A stretch of DNA of 64,000 nucleotides, taken from Lytechinus pictus (taxonomy: Eukaryota). The stretch's first letter is position 1. Every line of letters begins with the position of its first letter. Under the pieces are notes generated by a model that was not told the origin of the DNA, did no database searches, and saw only the letters and a list, made by a program, of their open reading frames with translations. This document shows positions 1 to 14,157 of this stretch, one piece after another. The stretch is from positions 27,220,001 through 27,284,000 of the forward strand of contig NC_087252.1 of NCBI RefSeq assembly GCF_037042905.1, read 5' to 3'. A program made the position numbers and the translations under genes.

Positions 1-227
1 GCATGACTGACAAGTGTTATATAACAATTGCTACAAAAATCTCTATCTATATCTAATTGCTATTTACTTGGTACTTATATGTTTACAAATCCTAGAGAGC
101 GTATTACCCACTTTCTCTAAAACTTCATTTACCATTATGAATGGAAAAAAAATTAAACCTACATGATCACGATAAATGTATGAGGCTTTTCCCGGATTAG
201 AGCACCATCCGAAGTTAATATACCATT

Positions 228-830
228 TTAAAGGACAAGTCCACCCAAACAAAAAGTGGATTTGAATAAAAAGTGAAAAATCCAACAAGCATACACAAAA
301 AATTTCATCAAAATCGGATGTAAAATAAGAAAGTTATGACATTTTTAAGTTTCGCTTAATTTCACAAAAAAGTTATATTCACATCCTGATCGGTATGCAA
401 ATGAGGGAACTGATGACATCACTCACTCACTATTTCTTTTGTATTTTATTATATGAAATATTCTAATTTTCTCCTCATTGTCCTGTCAAACAAACTTTTA
501 TTTCGCCCTAAACATGTGGAATTACCATTGTTTAACATTTTATGTTTCAGTAAAGTTGGTCTTTATTGTCAAATCTGTAAAAATTGAAATATTGTATAAT
601 TCAAACAATAAAAATCAAAAGAAATAGTGAGTGAGGGACATCATCGATTCTCTCATTTGCATGTGACTAAATTGTACACATAACTATCATGTGAAAAATA
701 AGCAAAACCTTAAAATGTCATAACTTTCTTATTCTACATCCGATTTTGATGAAATTGTCAGCATTACGCTTGTCTGATTTTTCTCTATTGATTCAAATCC
801 ACATTTTCCTAGGGTGGACTTGACCTTTAA
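228..830. mobile_element. TTAA-flanked long-TIR MITE family A (Kolobok-like), copy 1
   Basis: ttaa|aggacaagtccaccc ... gggtggacttgacct|ttaa with long imperfect inverted arms. Homologous copies at 19146, 38692, 53151 and 59341. Confidence 0.85.
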
Positions 831-1529
831 TAACATCTTAGCATTAATGAAAAAAAAATGATTGCGAGCATAGCTCCAATTTAAAGTATTAAAATCATCC
901 TTAACAAAGAGTAACGGAAATTGATATCTTTAATAACAAGTAGACAGAATAGCAGAATATGAGTATTGTCATCTATTTTGGTTTTTAGGGAGGTGATGCA
1001 ATATCATATTTTTTCTAAACTGAGTCAGCCTTAATTTGAATTAATCAGTATTTTTTCAGTCATTTCATATTTCAGTGAAATTCATTTGAAAACTAACTAC
1101 CTTTTGTAAAAGGTTCTATATTATGTAAGATTAATGTGTCAAGACGGGGGGAGTATGTGAAAGCAAAAATGGATTAGGAATAGAATTGATATCATTTTGC
1201 GCTTGCAATAAAACGGCCTATATCGTATCTGTAATTTCCATGAACACGGTGTAAGCCAATGCGATTGTCGATGACGCCCTAGTTGATCCCCTGAGCTCAA
1301 TAAATGTTTGTAATCGAGCTGTTTGAAATTGGACTGTTTTCATTAAAAAGTCAAACATGATTGTTTCCAAGTGGTTCCTGATTTGATGCGTGATCAGATT
1401 GGATCAATATTTCGAGTCGGTTTGAAAGGCCTACGGCAAAAATGTTCAATTATATCAAAAGAAGATGTCATAATGTCAAATATCATATGCACTAGCATAA
1501 TTTTGTCTTTTTGTTGTCGTCCTTATTCT

Positions 1530-2100
1530 TTCCCCTCTTCTCCCCCCTCTTCTTTTCAATTTCCCTTTTTATTTCTCTCTATCTTTTTTTCTATTCCCCC
1601 TACTCGGTTTGTCTCTCTTTCATATTTAATTATTCTCATCTTATTTCTTCTTGTTCTGTTATTCTATTCTATTGTTATAAGAGATGTTTGCTATTCCTTT
1701 TATTCTTTAATCTTATTCCTTAATTGTTCTTCTTTTTTTTATTCATGCTCGCCTTCTTCTCCTCGTCCTTCTCTTTTCCGTCGTACGCATTCATTATGTC
1801 TTTATTTATTTTCTAATTCATTCGTTTTCATCCTCTTATCTAAAACTTAAACGATTATTGTTCTTATTTTTCACGTTCCTGTCATTCATGTTGTTGTTGT
1901 TTTTCTTGTTCCTGTTCTTCCTTTTTCTTTTTTTGTTGCTGCTGTTTTTTATTTCTTCTTCTCCTTCCTCCTCCACTTCCTCTTTCCTTCTTCTTCTTCT
2001 TCTTCTTATTCTGCTCCTCCTTCCCTTCCTCCTACTCCCCTTATTCCTTTTATCATCATCTCTTCTTCCCCGCTTCTTCTTTTTCTTCACATTACTTTAC
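1530..2100. repeat. Pyrimidine-rich low-complexity / (CTT)n tract
   Basis: Degenerate ctt/tct/ttg repeats, which produce the spurious F/L/S- and K/R/E-rich ORFs. Confidence 0.9.
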
Positions 2101-2112
2101 TTTCCCCACTCC

Positions 2113-2260
2113 AGGGGAACATTTCATGAAATAAGTTTTATCTGACAAGTTCTGTTTTATCCGACAGTTACCATAGTAGCAGTGCCTCACAGCAAATCAA
2201 AATCAAGAAAAGTTGTCAGATCTGACAACTTGTCGCACGAAAATGTTCATGAAATGCTCC
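2113..2260. mobile_element. Short palindromic MITE family (copies also near 10165-10315, 22545-22675, 33235-33395)
   Basis: gggg..tttcat / atgaaa..ctcc ends and a shared core gttgtcagatctgacaac / gttaccatagt. Confidence 0.55.
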
Positions 2261-4218
2261 GACCCCTGACATGCCTGAACAGCAAATTCTACGGGCAAGT
2301 GCGCTATCAAATGCCATAACTGTGTTTTGTGATATTTTTACAATTCGTAATGCGTGGAGAGAAGAAGTTCTCGAAGCAGTTACCCACTCGAACCCTTCCG
2401 CTCAAGGTATTCCCAAAGTAACACATTTTAGGGATGTGTGAATTGCAATAATACAAACAACTAAAAAGAAGATTACAAGCGAAATAAATTTTGACTTAAA
2501 TAAAATCCATTAAAATTTACTGGAAAAAAGATTGATGCATATCAAACCAACTTTATACGAATCATTTCTAGATTTTTCAAAGCAATGTATGATCAGAAGA
2601 GAGAGAGAGAGAGAGAGGGGGGGGGGGGAAGAGGGGGATTATCATTTTCAGAGGGGGGGGGAAGATTCCTCATCCTTAGACATCACTGACTGTCGGATGC
2701 AGAATTTATTTTCGGTTAAGAGATGGTAATCGGATATCCGTTCCCTTTTCTTTGAACATAGAATCATGCATGAATAAATTTCATTAATTACAGATTCTAT
2801 TTGACGAAATATGCCTACCGACTTGCAGGAATGTAATTAAGATTTAATTGCACAAATTGTCAAATCTATGGAGAGATAGATTGTGTCGAAACGCAAAATT
2901 CCTGAAAATATTTGTTTCTACTTCCACTGTTTTTGGCATTTGGTCATCTGTAAATTGCTTTTAAGTCCATAATTATAACATAATTTGATATTTTCTTTCA
3001 GAAGGGGTGGGGGTGCATGGGCGTATTAAAGCAATGTTGTTTCGTTTATTACATTGTTTGTTTGTTTTTATTTCCGAAATCAGATTAAAAAAAATATATA
3101 TATATACAATATACAAGAGAGATTCATACAATAACGGAGGATCACCCAATTCAGCTGTATTTTCAAAATACTGCTGCTCTTCCTTGGGGTCCTAAACATT
3201 AACATAATGGTTTATCTCATTTGATCTGTTATACTATGCAAGGATTTTCCGGTTGAAAATTGGATAAATGATTAACATCTGAAAACATGAATTGTATTAA
3301 GATCGGTACATGAGGAAATTATGCAAAGCGGATTGGATGAAGACGGCAGATTAGTTGAAAGGAAAAGGAGAAGCTAAGAACAAAAGGAATTCGTGAAAGT
3401 ATAAATAAAGAATATGCAGAAATGTTTCTGTATACGTAATTGAAAATGAAGAAAGAGTAGGAAGCGTTCGAACAAAATGAGACAAGGAGAGAGAGAGAGA
3501 GAGAGAGGGAGGAGGGAGGGTGAGAGAGAGAGGGTGGGGGAGGGAGGGAGAGAGAGAGAGAGGGGGAGAGGACTACCTCATGTGGCTTTTGAATCTCCAT
3601 AAAAACAAAGGGTCAATTAAAATAGGGTGACTGCAACGTATTATAGGCCCTAAGTGATGGGAATATGACATCAGAAATGAAGAAATCGATGGGGTGGAAC
3701 AACAGATGCTGTGCGAGGTCATGACAGCTAAATAAGGATTGCAACAAGATTTGATTAAGTGCTGGCGTTGCGATCCCTGGCGCACGCTAGAGCATGCCAG
3801 GCTAAAGTCACACCGTCCAAAGAAATCGACTACACACCAACGATGGTATCACGTTGGAAGTAACGTAATAGCTTTGGTTGGTTCGGAGTACACGTGGTTG
3901 CAGTCTTGATCTGAGTTACCCGTGCGCTCATTGTAAACGGGTGGGCGTGGCATGACAGTATTAGGTTTCGTTTTGTTGTCGTTTATCACACATGTACATG
4001 GAAACCTTGAATCAATATGACTACTACATGTATTAATGATATGTTTATAGATGCATTTATAACATTTCGTTTAATAGTCCTTATAATATATAAATGTCTC
4101 ATATCTCAGTGACGCAACCATATCCTCCCCATTTTGGTCACACGACTTCGCAAAAAAGCAACCATTTGTATGTATCTAATGAAGGGACATCACATTTAAA
4201 ATCTTTGGGAATGTTTCG

Positions 4219-4293
<75 letters not shown>

Positions 4294-4481
4294 TGTGTGT
4301 GAAATTATACATGTACAACAGCTTTGGCAACTCTTTTATATAAATATTTTGTGAATGAAACGGATATAGAGAACAATGGTAGGCGTAGCTTAAATCAAGG
4401 TTCCCCAGAGCTATCTACCCTTTGGAAAAATTGGTGATGCCGAAAAAATGTCTCTGCCGGGAATCGAACCCGGGCCCCCAG

Positions 4482-4625
<144 letters not shown>

Positions 4626-6267
4626 GTATAACGGAAGTGGAGCAAAATGTAATAGAATTGATAAAGTATCTTTTAGGGTAATTCTGACTGAACCTCATTG
4701 CTACTGGCTTTTAATAAGGCGCATGTTAAAAGGTGTAGCTATACTTTAGGCAATTCAAAACTTTTGTTCAGTCTCTAGCAAGAGAAGGAAACATGGGAAT
4801 TTGGCAGAATTATCAAGACATTGTACCTTTAAAGTGGCAGCCGTAGTTTGTGAAACCATATATAGTCTTCGTTCTCAAAAGGCGTAGACTGTATGTTAAG
4901 AAACATATATCATATAGACAATTTATCAAGGTAATGGCGTTCCTGAGAGCAGTCATTCACCGTTTAAAATTGTGTCAATTTTGAATAGAAATGTATCCAT
5001 CGAGAATGCACATGGGCCTCATGATTTGAACGCAAAAAGGAACATTATTCCCTATTGACTATATTAACATGAAGAATATAATTAAAATCGAAGGATTGCT
5101 TAAATAAACTTTTTTAAAGCAATTTTTCAATGCCACTTCTGTTCTCTAAGTTGACTTGGCATTCAATTTCACGATAGCTGACAACACGACTGTATAATTT
5201 CCTTACATATATTTTGCATATGTACATAAAAACGTGATGACGACCCGACGGAGTGAAAATTATCTCGCCTCGCGCATTATGAGATTTTTGTTCCTATTTG
5301 GGGTAGCGAGAATTAGCGTTTTGGATGCGTTTTTATGCCTTCAAAAGAATTAACACTTTTGATGTATTTTTATGCACACATTAGCATTGATAAACTTTGC
5401 CCTTTCACATTTCCAAAGATATAAGAATGGGGATAAGCTGCGCTATACCTCGAAGTGGGTTAATGTTATCTGAGGGATATGAATTAGAGTTAAAGCCCGT
5501 GGAGTTGATCTATTACTCAGGTGTCGGCGGGGATGGTGCCAGAGCAGTTCGATATGAGCCTGGGGGTGGGGCAAGAAGACCAAGAGTGGGGCCAATCTTT
5601 ACACAGGGACTGAATATATTATTTCTTGTAAAGTGTAACTGTATTTTTAAAGGATTAATCACCACCCAGACCACTCTATCATTTTGATACTATTTTGCTT
5701 TCCATTTCTTCCTCTTCCCTTTTTTACTACTTCATGAAAGCATGGAGGCGGTCACCTCTCCCCGAGTAGCTTCTACCCTGGCTATTGGAACATGATTTAG
5801 AATAAACATCCAACGCGACCGAACATTGAGGTAAATGTTTGTTAAGGCCTACGTCTTTTATGTACAAACAATATTTACTTGGTCTTATACTTCAGGGGAC
5901 GGCCAGAATACGCAAATTTTCGAAACGTCATGGAATTACATTTTTTCGTGGTAAAATACAGAGTATCCGAAAGCAGATAAGATCTAGACAGGTAAATGCG
6001 GAAATTATGCAAATCTTTATTTGCTACCGATGAAAATTAATGATTCCTAAAGATCACGAAGAATACAATACGGAAATGAGCAGCATAAAGGAAATAAAAA
6101 AACTATAATATTATTCAAAGGAAAAACAACCCTATGATATTATTTATTCATTGAATACATTTTTTCATTTCCAAATCGAGGCGTTGTCGTGATTTTTTAG
6201 GTTAAGTGGTTCACAGACTATTTCCTAATACCAATAGCATGACTTATTGGGTATGCCCATGACTCTT

Positions 6268-6413
6268 CAGGGGTCGCGGAAGCGAGGGGGGGGGGGGGGG
6301 AGGGGGCTGAACCCCCCACTTTTTTCCAAAACCGTGTACAAAAACGTAAAAATGACAATGTGATTGTGGTTTTGGCGCAGCCCCCCACTTTGAAAACCGT
6401 TCTGCGGCCCCTG
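6268..6413. mobile_element. Short CAGGG-ended MITE with 5-bp TSD
   Basis: ctctt|caggggtcgcggaagc ... ttctgcggcccctg|ctctt; second copy at 32876-33036. Confidence 0.8.
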
Positions 6414-8108
6414 CTCTTAAAGTTTGAAAGTGATTTCGACCATAACATATCACCATAAATGAGTGCGATGGGGGCGTATGTTTTTCAATGCATCTACGTC
6501 CATGTAGAGTATTCACCACATCATCGCTTCGCTCTCTCGCTTTCATATTATGTTATTGAACATTTCGATTTATTTTACACAGGCCGTTTGAAAAAAAGTT
6601 TCGTATGAATCATGGCAAGTTTGATAAATAGGGCATACGAATCATGAGCATTATCCCATAATGCTGCATTCTGAGCAGTGTAATTTAGTAATATAATCCC
6701 ACTTCAATGATAACACTTTAATTCACTACTCAATACATTCATATTCAATTTGCAATGATTATTTAACCTGGGGGCAAAAATGCTCTTTTTACTATCAAAC
6801 GTTGTAAGCTCTCCAAACAAATAATTATTTTAATTTCCTGTTCAACTAAGAGTTATTTATTTTAAAGACCAGTTATTCATGACACACAAGCAAGGACGAA
6901 GAACCACGCAAATGTTGATCACTTCGATCCTCCTCAAAACGGGAAATGAAAGTGATCGATCTTTGGGTATTTTTGGTTTAATCTAACGAAAATGTGGTTT
7001 GCAGTGACATATCGCGAGTCCGAAAAATGCGTTGCATATTAAACGTAAATCTTTTAATCTGTTAAAGTTCCCTCTGTCCTTTTTTAAATAACTATCACAT
7101 CGCTTTTACACCTCTCTGGCAGCACTTGGATTTCTGATTTTTTCCCTTTTCTTTTAATTCCCATCATATAACAGCTGATAGTTGGTTAATTTAATTAGTA
7201 TTTCGTGACGGAACAGGATGCTATAAACGGTCGCCATTCATGAAACTTCGCGCATGATCAGGTGACCGCGACCACGTGACTGATCTCTGTTCTATTTTTT
7301 GCAACAGGAAGGAAGTACTCGAGATCTTTGAAACGACGTGGCAAAATAGTCGCAGCTTTCTAAACAACATTCGGAAATTAGTTGCTGTTTAATTTGTTAT
7401 CATTATCAACTAGATAATTGGCGCCTCATAAATGCTACACATTATTCTCACTATTTTGTCATAACCCATTTCAATGTTACACTGCAACATTCCGGTGTTG
7501 CTCTACTACCAGCCCGGAACCTATGTATGTCCACATCAGAGAAGTATTGAAACAACACCAGTTTGGAATCAAACCCATGCTGTTTTAATACTAATTGGTG
7601 TTGTATAAACACCTATCTGGTGTTAGACCGAAACCAAACTGGTGTAGTTCAACACTTCTCTGGTGTGGACATATATAGATTCCGGGCTGGTGTTAAGTCA
7701 ACACCGGTGTTTTTGCGGAGTAGGAGACCTGTGGTAAGCATGGCCGTGATGGCGGCGAAAGCAACACGGTCGTTTATATCATCTGTTCGAAGTGACGGAA
7801 CGTCAATGGGGTCTATTAATAGCCAAGTGCCGATCAACCGGTCTGCGAACCCGCGTCATCGCAAGGCTAGCGATATTAACACAATATATAAATGGTCCAA
7901 ATAATAGATGAACCTGATTGAATTAAAATAATAAGATAATTCTCTTAGGGCTAAATAGGCGAGAGAGGGAAGGGGCGAGCACGCCTAATCCTTGTTGTTG
8001 GAAATCTAGCACAAAAATAGAGCACAACATTGGATACGATTAGGCCTTAACATTTTGAATTATCATAATAAATGATTAATTTTGTGAAAACGAAGTCATC
8101 TAAACCTA

Positions 8109-8278
8109 CACTGTAAAAAATGAAGTGCTAATTTAGCACTTACAGTGCTTGTATAGTGACTGCACTACGAGTGCTGATTTTCTAGTTCACTGAAATTTAA
8201 ACTAGAAAATCAGCACTCGTATTGCAGTCACTATACAAGCACTGTAAGTGCTTAATTAGCACTTCGTTTTTCACAGTG
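8109..8278. mobile_element. CACT-ended palindromic MITE (EnSpm/CMC-like)
   Basis: ta|cactgtaaaaa ... ttttcacagtg|ta, 2-bp TSD, near-perfect 170-bp hairpin. Confidence 0.8.
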
Positions 8279-8668
8279 TATCACCGTTTAAATGTTTGAA
8301 TAGAGATATTATTTGTATCCAGATATTGGTTGATTTCAATTAGTTGCACTCGCTATATTGAACTCGACAGAATGATTGGAATTGTTTAAATTAGACGAAT
8401 TGCTGAATTTGTTTTTTTATTTATCGAAAATCAAGACATTCGGTATTTCTTGTTGTTGCGACTGACAATAATGTTATTTTTGAGCAATAAATTATATTTA
8501 ATTTCAAAATCCCAGTAGGAAACTCGGTGATATCTTTCTTACCTTTAATCATGTCTTTTGAAACCATTTTTTTCCTCTCTTTTGCTCCTGTATGCCCAAA
8601 GAAAAATAAATACTTTTTATATGAAAGGGGGGGGGGTGTTTATTTTGTGTTTTCTTTAAATCGACCCA

Positions 8669-8910
8669 CACTGCAAAAACTCTGGTGTTGATTTAACACC
8701 AGCCCGGAATCTATATATGTCCACACCAGAGAAGTATTGAAATAATACCAGTTTGGAATCAAACCGATACTGTTTTAATACAAATTGGTGTTGTATAAAC
8801 ACATATCTGGTGTAAGACCAAAACCAAACTGGTGTTGTTTAACACTTCTCTGGTGTGGACATATATAGATTCCGGGCTGGTGTTAAATCAACACCGGAGT
8901 TTTTTCAGTG
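8669..8910. mobile_element. CACT-ended palindromic MITE; related copy at ~7479-7720
   Basis: ca|cactgcaaaaactctggtgttg ... caacaccggagttttttcagtg|ca. The body is nearly identical to 7479-7720. Confidence 0.8.
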
Positions 8911-9759
8911 CACTTGAAATGCTCGATTGGTACCTACCTACACATTTTTTTATTGAAATTGAAATTGAAATGGTTTATTAAGAAAACTTCATCGCAGCCG
9001 AAGGCTGAATTGCGAAATTCTGTACAAGGTAAAATACAAAATATACAATAACAATGACTATTACAAAATGACATGTACAAGTAATAAAATAAATGTTATA
9101 TGTTGAAATTTAAGAAAGGAGAAGGGTAGAATAATTGTATACATGGGATAACAGTAATCTTGGATAATTGTAACCACAGTATAATTCTATGGGGATAAAG
9201 TCAGTAATTCATATGCTTGCATGAATAAAATAAGAAACAGAAATTATAAACAATGGTATTTCTTTAAAGAATTGAAGATGAAATATAACTGTGCCGGAAT
9301 AGGGGGAAAATGAAAAGGATGTCGATAAGGTTGGTAAATCTGCTTAAAGGGATTTTATCAATGAGGTATGTGTATTTCACCTGGCTTACACGGAAATAAG
9401 AGATATCATAAATCTAATGATTGATTAAATATTTTCTGGTTGTACATGTATAAACATGGAATTAGCATTTTAAACAATTATACCAAGATGGGATAAAAGA
9501 ACTATGCCCATTGGAAACTAGCAATGCTAGATGTGGTAAAAGTAATATTGAGCACATATATGTAAGTAAGCCTTATCATCATAGGATTGTGTTTGTATTA
9601 TATTATAACTAGTCAATCATACATGCTCTAATTATTACACATTGTGAAGGCGGGTGAGCTCCTAAGAGACTTCTGATGAACCCTTCTAACTCTTACTTCT
9701 CCTCATTTCCTTGTCATTCAACTCTTCCTGCGCCACATCCGTAAATCAATCACTTCTTG

Positions 9760-9930
9760 TACTGTCATTTGTCCATTTAAAAGTTGACACCCCCTCATTT
9801 CACCAATTGTCTGAATATTCTTCTCCGACCTTTCTCAATACTAATATTTATGCGTGTATATTGAATAAGTACGGTGGTAAGACGCATCCCTGTTTGCCTC
9901 GTCTCCCCAACCGAGAATGAAAAGTGTTTC
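9760..9930 (-). mobile_element. Degenerate RTE-type reverse transcriptase fragment
   Basis: Minus strand RGKQGCVLPPYLFNIHA matches the QGCxLSPYLFNxY motif of RTE-clade RT. Confidence 0.6.
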
Positions 9931-12900
9931 AATTTGGTGATCAAAATAAGTCCCCCCCCCCCTAATTTTGGACAGTATCGATAAAGAAAGCGTTGAATAT
10001 ATGTTAAAATATATCCAAGCTTTCGTTATCAATATTGTCCAAAATTAGGGGGAAAACTTATTTTGGACAGTATTGATAACGAAAGCTTGAATATATTTTA
10101 ACATATATTTATTGATAACGAAAGCTTTGAATATAAACATATTTTGATCACATTGTTCCGCTCGGGGCTGGAAACACTGGTTTCATCAATATGGTTTGAA
10201 AAGTTGTCAGATCTGACAACTTTCCGTGATTTTTTATTGATTTGGACGCACAGCGCTCTGACTGTTAATATGGTAACTGTCGATAAAACATTCTACACGT
10301 GGTTTTATGAAACACTCATATGGAAAACATGGATTAGAACAACATTTGTATTCAATCCTGTATTAACCTCGTTTGTTCTTGTATTGATTTCACCCGGCAG
10401 CAAAGGTGTTAAAGGTGCAGACATCTTACATCGGTGTCCACCACCGTGCCATACCGATTCCAATTATGTATAGACATACTTTTTACACAAGAGCCATATT
10501 TCATACATAATTGTTATATGTCAAAATGTCTTAAATGTATGGAATTAAAAGCAGCAGACATTTCAAGAAAAAAAGACACTATTTTGAACAACAAACTTCG
10601 TAGAGAAATGCACGAACCTCTGCCGTTTTTTGTTACTATTTTTACAGTCATCCTATGGGTACCATAATAATAATGAAAAAAGATCCTCTCTTGTTTTGCA
10701 CTGTTGAGTATAAGGTAACGCGTCGCAACCTTTGTGGTTGCATAAATCTATCTTACATTGGCACCGGGATCAGACGGGGGGGGGGGGGGGTGAGGTGCAA
10801 ATATAAGGATATTTCTTTTCAAAGTGCATGCCTGCATCGCTTTTGGGTATGTTACCTGGCCCCTCTATAAAAAGGTGCGGATATCAATGCATTTTGGATT
10901 CAAATTGATCACTATGTTCTTAGTCTATCGTAGAATTTCTAGCCATACTAAACAATTTGAAAGTTTGGGATTTGTCAAATAGGGCCTATCTCTATGCGGT
11001 TGCGCATCGTTCATTAAAAAATAATTATCAGAAAATATCGGAGAAAAAAGACTGTTTTTTTTTTGTTATGTCAAGTTTCGTATGTACCTGATATGAAGGG
11101 TATTCACACCTGGACGTATTGGACGTGTGGCCAGTCGTTTCCTCTTTTAAAATGATTACCTGATGTTAAACATTACATTCTTGGTGTCAAGAAATGCATT
11201 CCCAATGACACAACATATCAAGAATTCAAAATTCGTTATACGAAGAACCATTAGTGTTGTTAATGGATATCAAGAAATTATATTAACAACGGCTTGTCAT
11301 AGCCTCCGAACCCTACTGAAAAGGAAGCGCTGTCCTACGGTGTGTGCCACAGTGTGTTCACAGTGTGGAACACATTGTGAAATCACCTTCACACTGTTAA
11401 ATTTGAGTATTTCAGCAGTGCGAATCACATGATCACAAAGTTGACCGTGTGAATACGCTGTGAACAGTCACGCTATTGGGGTGTCCATAGTGTGAAAAAA
11501 AATCTTCACACCGTTGAATTTGAGCATAGTCCACTATGTGATCACATTGTGTGTGAAACTGTGTTTTTTTTCAGCTGGGAACGTCGGTATACGGTGTGGC
11601 TGCCCCCTTAGAGGGGAATTCAATTTCTCATTTCGAACGATTAGTCTGACTTCACGATGCAGAGACCCATAAAACGCAAATCCTTTATTTTTAGCAGCGA
11701 ACACCAAGTAATTTCCGCGTAGATCCGAATATTTTTCTGCAGGAGGCTACGGGCGAGACTCATTCAATGTCATTTGTGGTTTTATGGTTTTCGCTGCTTC
11801 ATCAAACACGCCACATCCCTCTGGATTACCTGTACGTCAATGACGTCAGAGGTCCTCATTGAACTCATCGTATTAAGACGACGTTTAGTACGGGTCATGT
11901 GATTGCAGTGTGAAGATGAGTGGCCTGCCGTGGTTTTGATGAACACCGAAATTGCCCTCAGGCCGTTTATGTTGGATAAAGTTTGGAAACAGGAACCCCA
12001 AAAGACATCGACGTTATCGTCATTTAACAAAATAATTTTCTGATATTTTTTTTCAACCTTAACCCAATCTCGCCTTTCACCATCCGCTTATGCGCTTATG
12101 CTATAGTCACATCAACGAAACCGACTCTAAAATAGACTGACAGCACGCGAACGTTGATCCAATCGAACATTTATACTCTACCAGTTTCAAATTTGCTAAA
12201 AATGGATACTTGGAATGATTAATTGCAAGTGATCTTTTTGCAACTATGGACGGAGATCTCCTGACAAGGAAGGGGAAGGGTGGGGGAGGGGGTGTTTCCG
12301 CTCAAATGTTGGATGATTGTCGCCCCTTTCCCCCACGGGACCAAAAAATCTTACGAAATCGCCAAACCAAGCATGCTTGCAAAACTCCGATATCTCTCAT
12401 GTCTGGGTCGCCGAATGTGACGTCAGAGTCCCCCCCCCCCAGACTTACATCACCATACATATAGCTTCTTGATACACGTATGTTGAAAACAATACTACAC
12501 ATGTGCTACCCGAGCCATACAACCACCCACACCCACACAAACCCACACCTTCCAAAACACACCTCACCGACTTTCGCCTTCCAACAAACCACAAATTCAA
12601 TTTTCGACTTATGAATAAACAAGGTAACATTCGTTATGGTGAGCATAAGTTACACAGAAAGATCTCCTAGCAAGCTTGGTGTACCCCGACTACGAATCAA
12701 TAAGAAATGACCCATGACTCTTTTCGACATCTTTAGATATAAAAGGTGGCATGATGTGAATGCACTAAAACAATTCTACCAGTCTCACACCAAACCCACA
12801 CCCACACCCTTTTCGCCACGCACAAACCCATATGGATCTGGTTTCACCGATGTAAATGTTACCACCACTGTGTTATTACGGTGAAACAAGGAAGCGTGTG

Positions 12901-13548
12901 AAATATCAATCGAATTGAGTTATATATTTTTATCTCATTTCCAGGTACACATTATACTCGAAACAATAGTCATATTCAGTACATTGAAAATAATCATCAT
13001 ATCATATCCAACGTACAACATCTAAGTAAAAAAAACAAAACACACACACACAAAGGGAAAGAATACCAGCTAATGCCTGGGGATTATAAGAAAATAAAGT
13101 TTCTGTTAAAAGACTCACCTCCTTAGCGGGTGCTAAAAAGAACACTAAGATTAGAATACAGTTCAACAAATAACAAATAAACAAATAAAAATTACATTTG
13201 AAGACATAATTCGCAAATGCAGGTTTAAAGGAAAGAAAGAAAGGAAGAAAGAAAGAAAGAAAGAAAGAGAGAAAAAGAAAGAAATAAAGAAAGTGATTGA
13301 ATGCACCTTGAGCAGAATTATTTTAGAAAAAGATATGACCCTATAATTACATTCAGAGATTAAGCTTAATACATGTAATATGATAAGACCATGCATTGCC
13401 AAGACTAGAGATATTCATCGTACTGAATTCAGTACAAACTAGGGAAAATGTCGATAAAATATTCAAAATGTTGAAAGCGCCGCACCACTTGCATCCAATG
13501 GAAGCTTTCTCAGAACCAGGCAGTCGATGACATGCAATTACTTAATAC

Positions 13549-13790
13549 GGTCGTGTGGTCCAGTGGTTATAGAGCACTGGACTTATAACCGTAAGGTTGT
13601 GAGTTCGAATCCGCGCTCTGCCATTGTCTCCAATTTGATCAAAAGACCCGAGAGTAACTTCTGTCGTCTATGGTCAGCCATTGTGACTAATTAAACTTAA
13701 ACGTAAAATGTTGGTAATTGGTTATGCACCAGCTTGGCATTATACCAGCAAGAAGCTGTCCTGCTGAGCTCCAACGAGAGTTACAATAAC
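13549..13790 (+). mobile_element. tRNA-derived SINE
   Basis: A box tggtccagtgg and B box gagttcgaatcc. The acceptor stem does not pair, so it is not a functional tRNA. Confidence 0.65.
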
Positions 13791-13798
13791 AGAGGAGG

Positions 13799-14157
13799 AG
13801 GAGCCGTGGTGTAGTGGTTCTGACTCTCGCCTTGTAAACAGAGGGTCGTGTGTTCGAATCCAACCGCGGTTCTGGCGTCAATTGGCAAGGCGTTAATCCA
13901 CACTTTGCCACTCTCGACCCAGGTGCTAAATGGGTACCCGGTAGGATGTGAAAGTCATTGTAGCTTGTCTAGTAATGTAGTGTGCTTCACTGGCGACTGA
14001 CTGGTATACTCCCCAGGGAGTGGAGGATGTACACACATTGTGTGCGGGAATGACTGATTGAATCCGTTGACAGGGGTAATAATATGTCTATAAAGCGCTT
14101 AGACACGTCGTTCTGATGTATTAAGCGCTACATAAAAGCGGATTATTATTATTATTA
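13799..14157 (+). mobile_element. Full-length tRNA-derived SINE with conserved core and LINE-like tail
   Basis: A box tggtgtagtgg, B box gttcgaatcc, core ccactctcgacccaggtgctaaatgggtacc, tail aagcgctt...aagcgctacataaaa(tta)n. Confidence 0.85.

Noticed and set aside
1371..2145. Hydrophobic or K/R-rich ORFs (also 4411-4698, 16052-16381, 50281-50686)
   Set aside because: They are translations of microsatellite or low-complexity DNA.
13549..13623. tRNA gene
   Set aside because: A and B boxes are present but the acceptor stem does not pair and there is no immediate oligo-T terminator. It is a SINE head, as are the units at 13799, 32109, 54068 and 59555.
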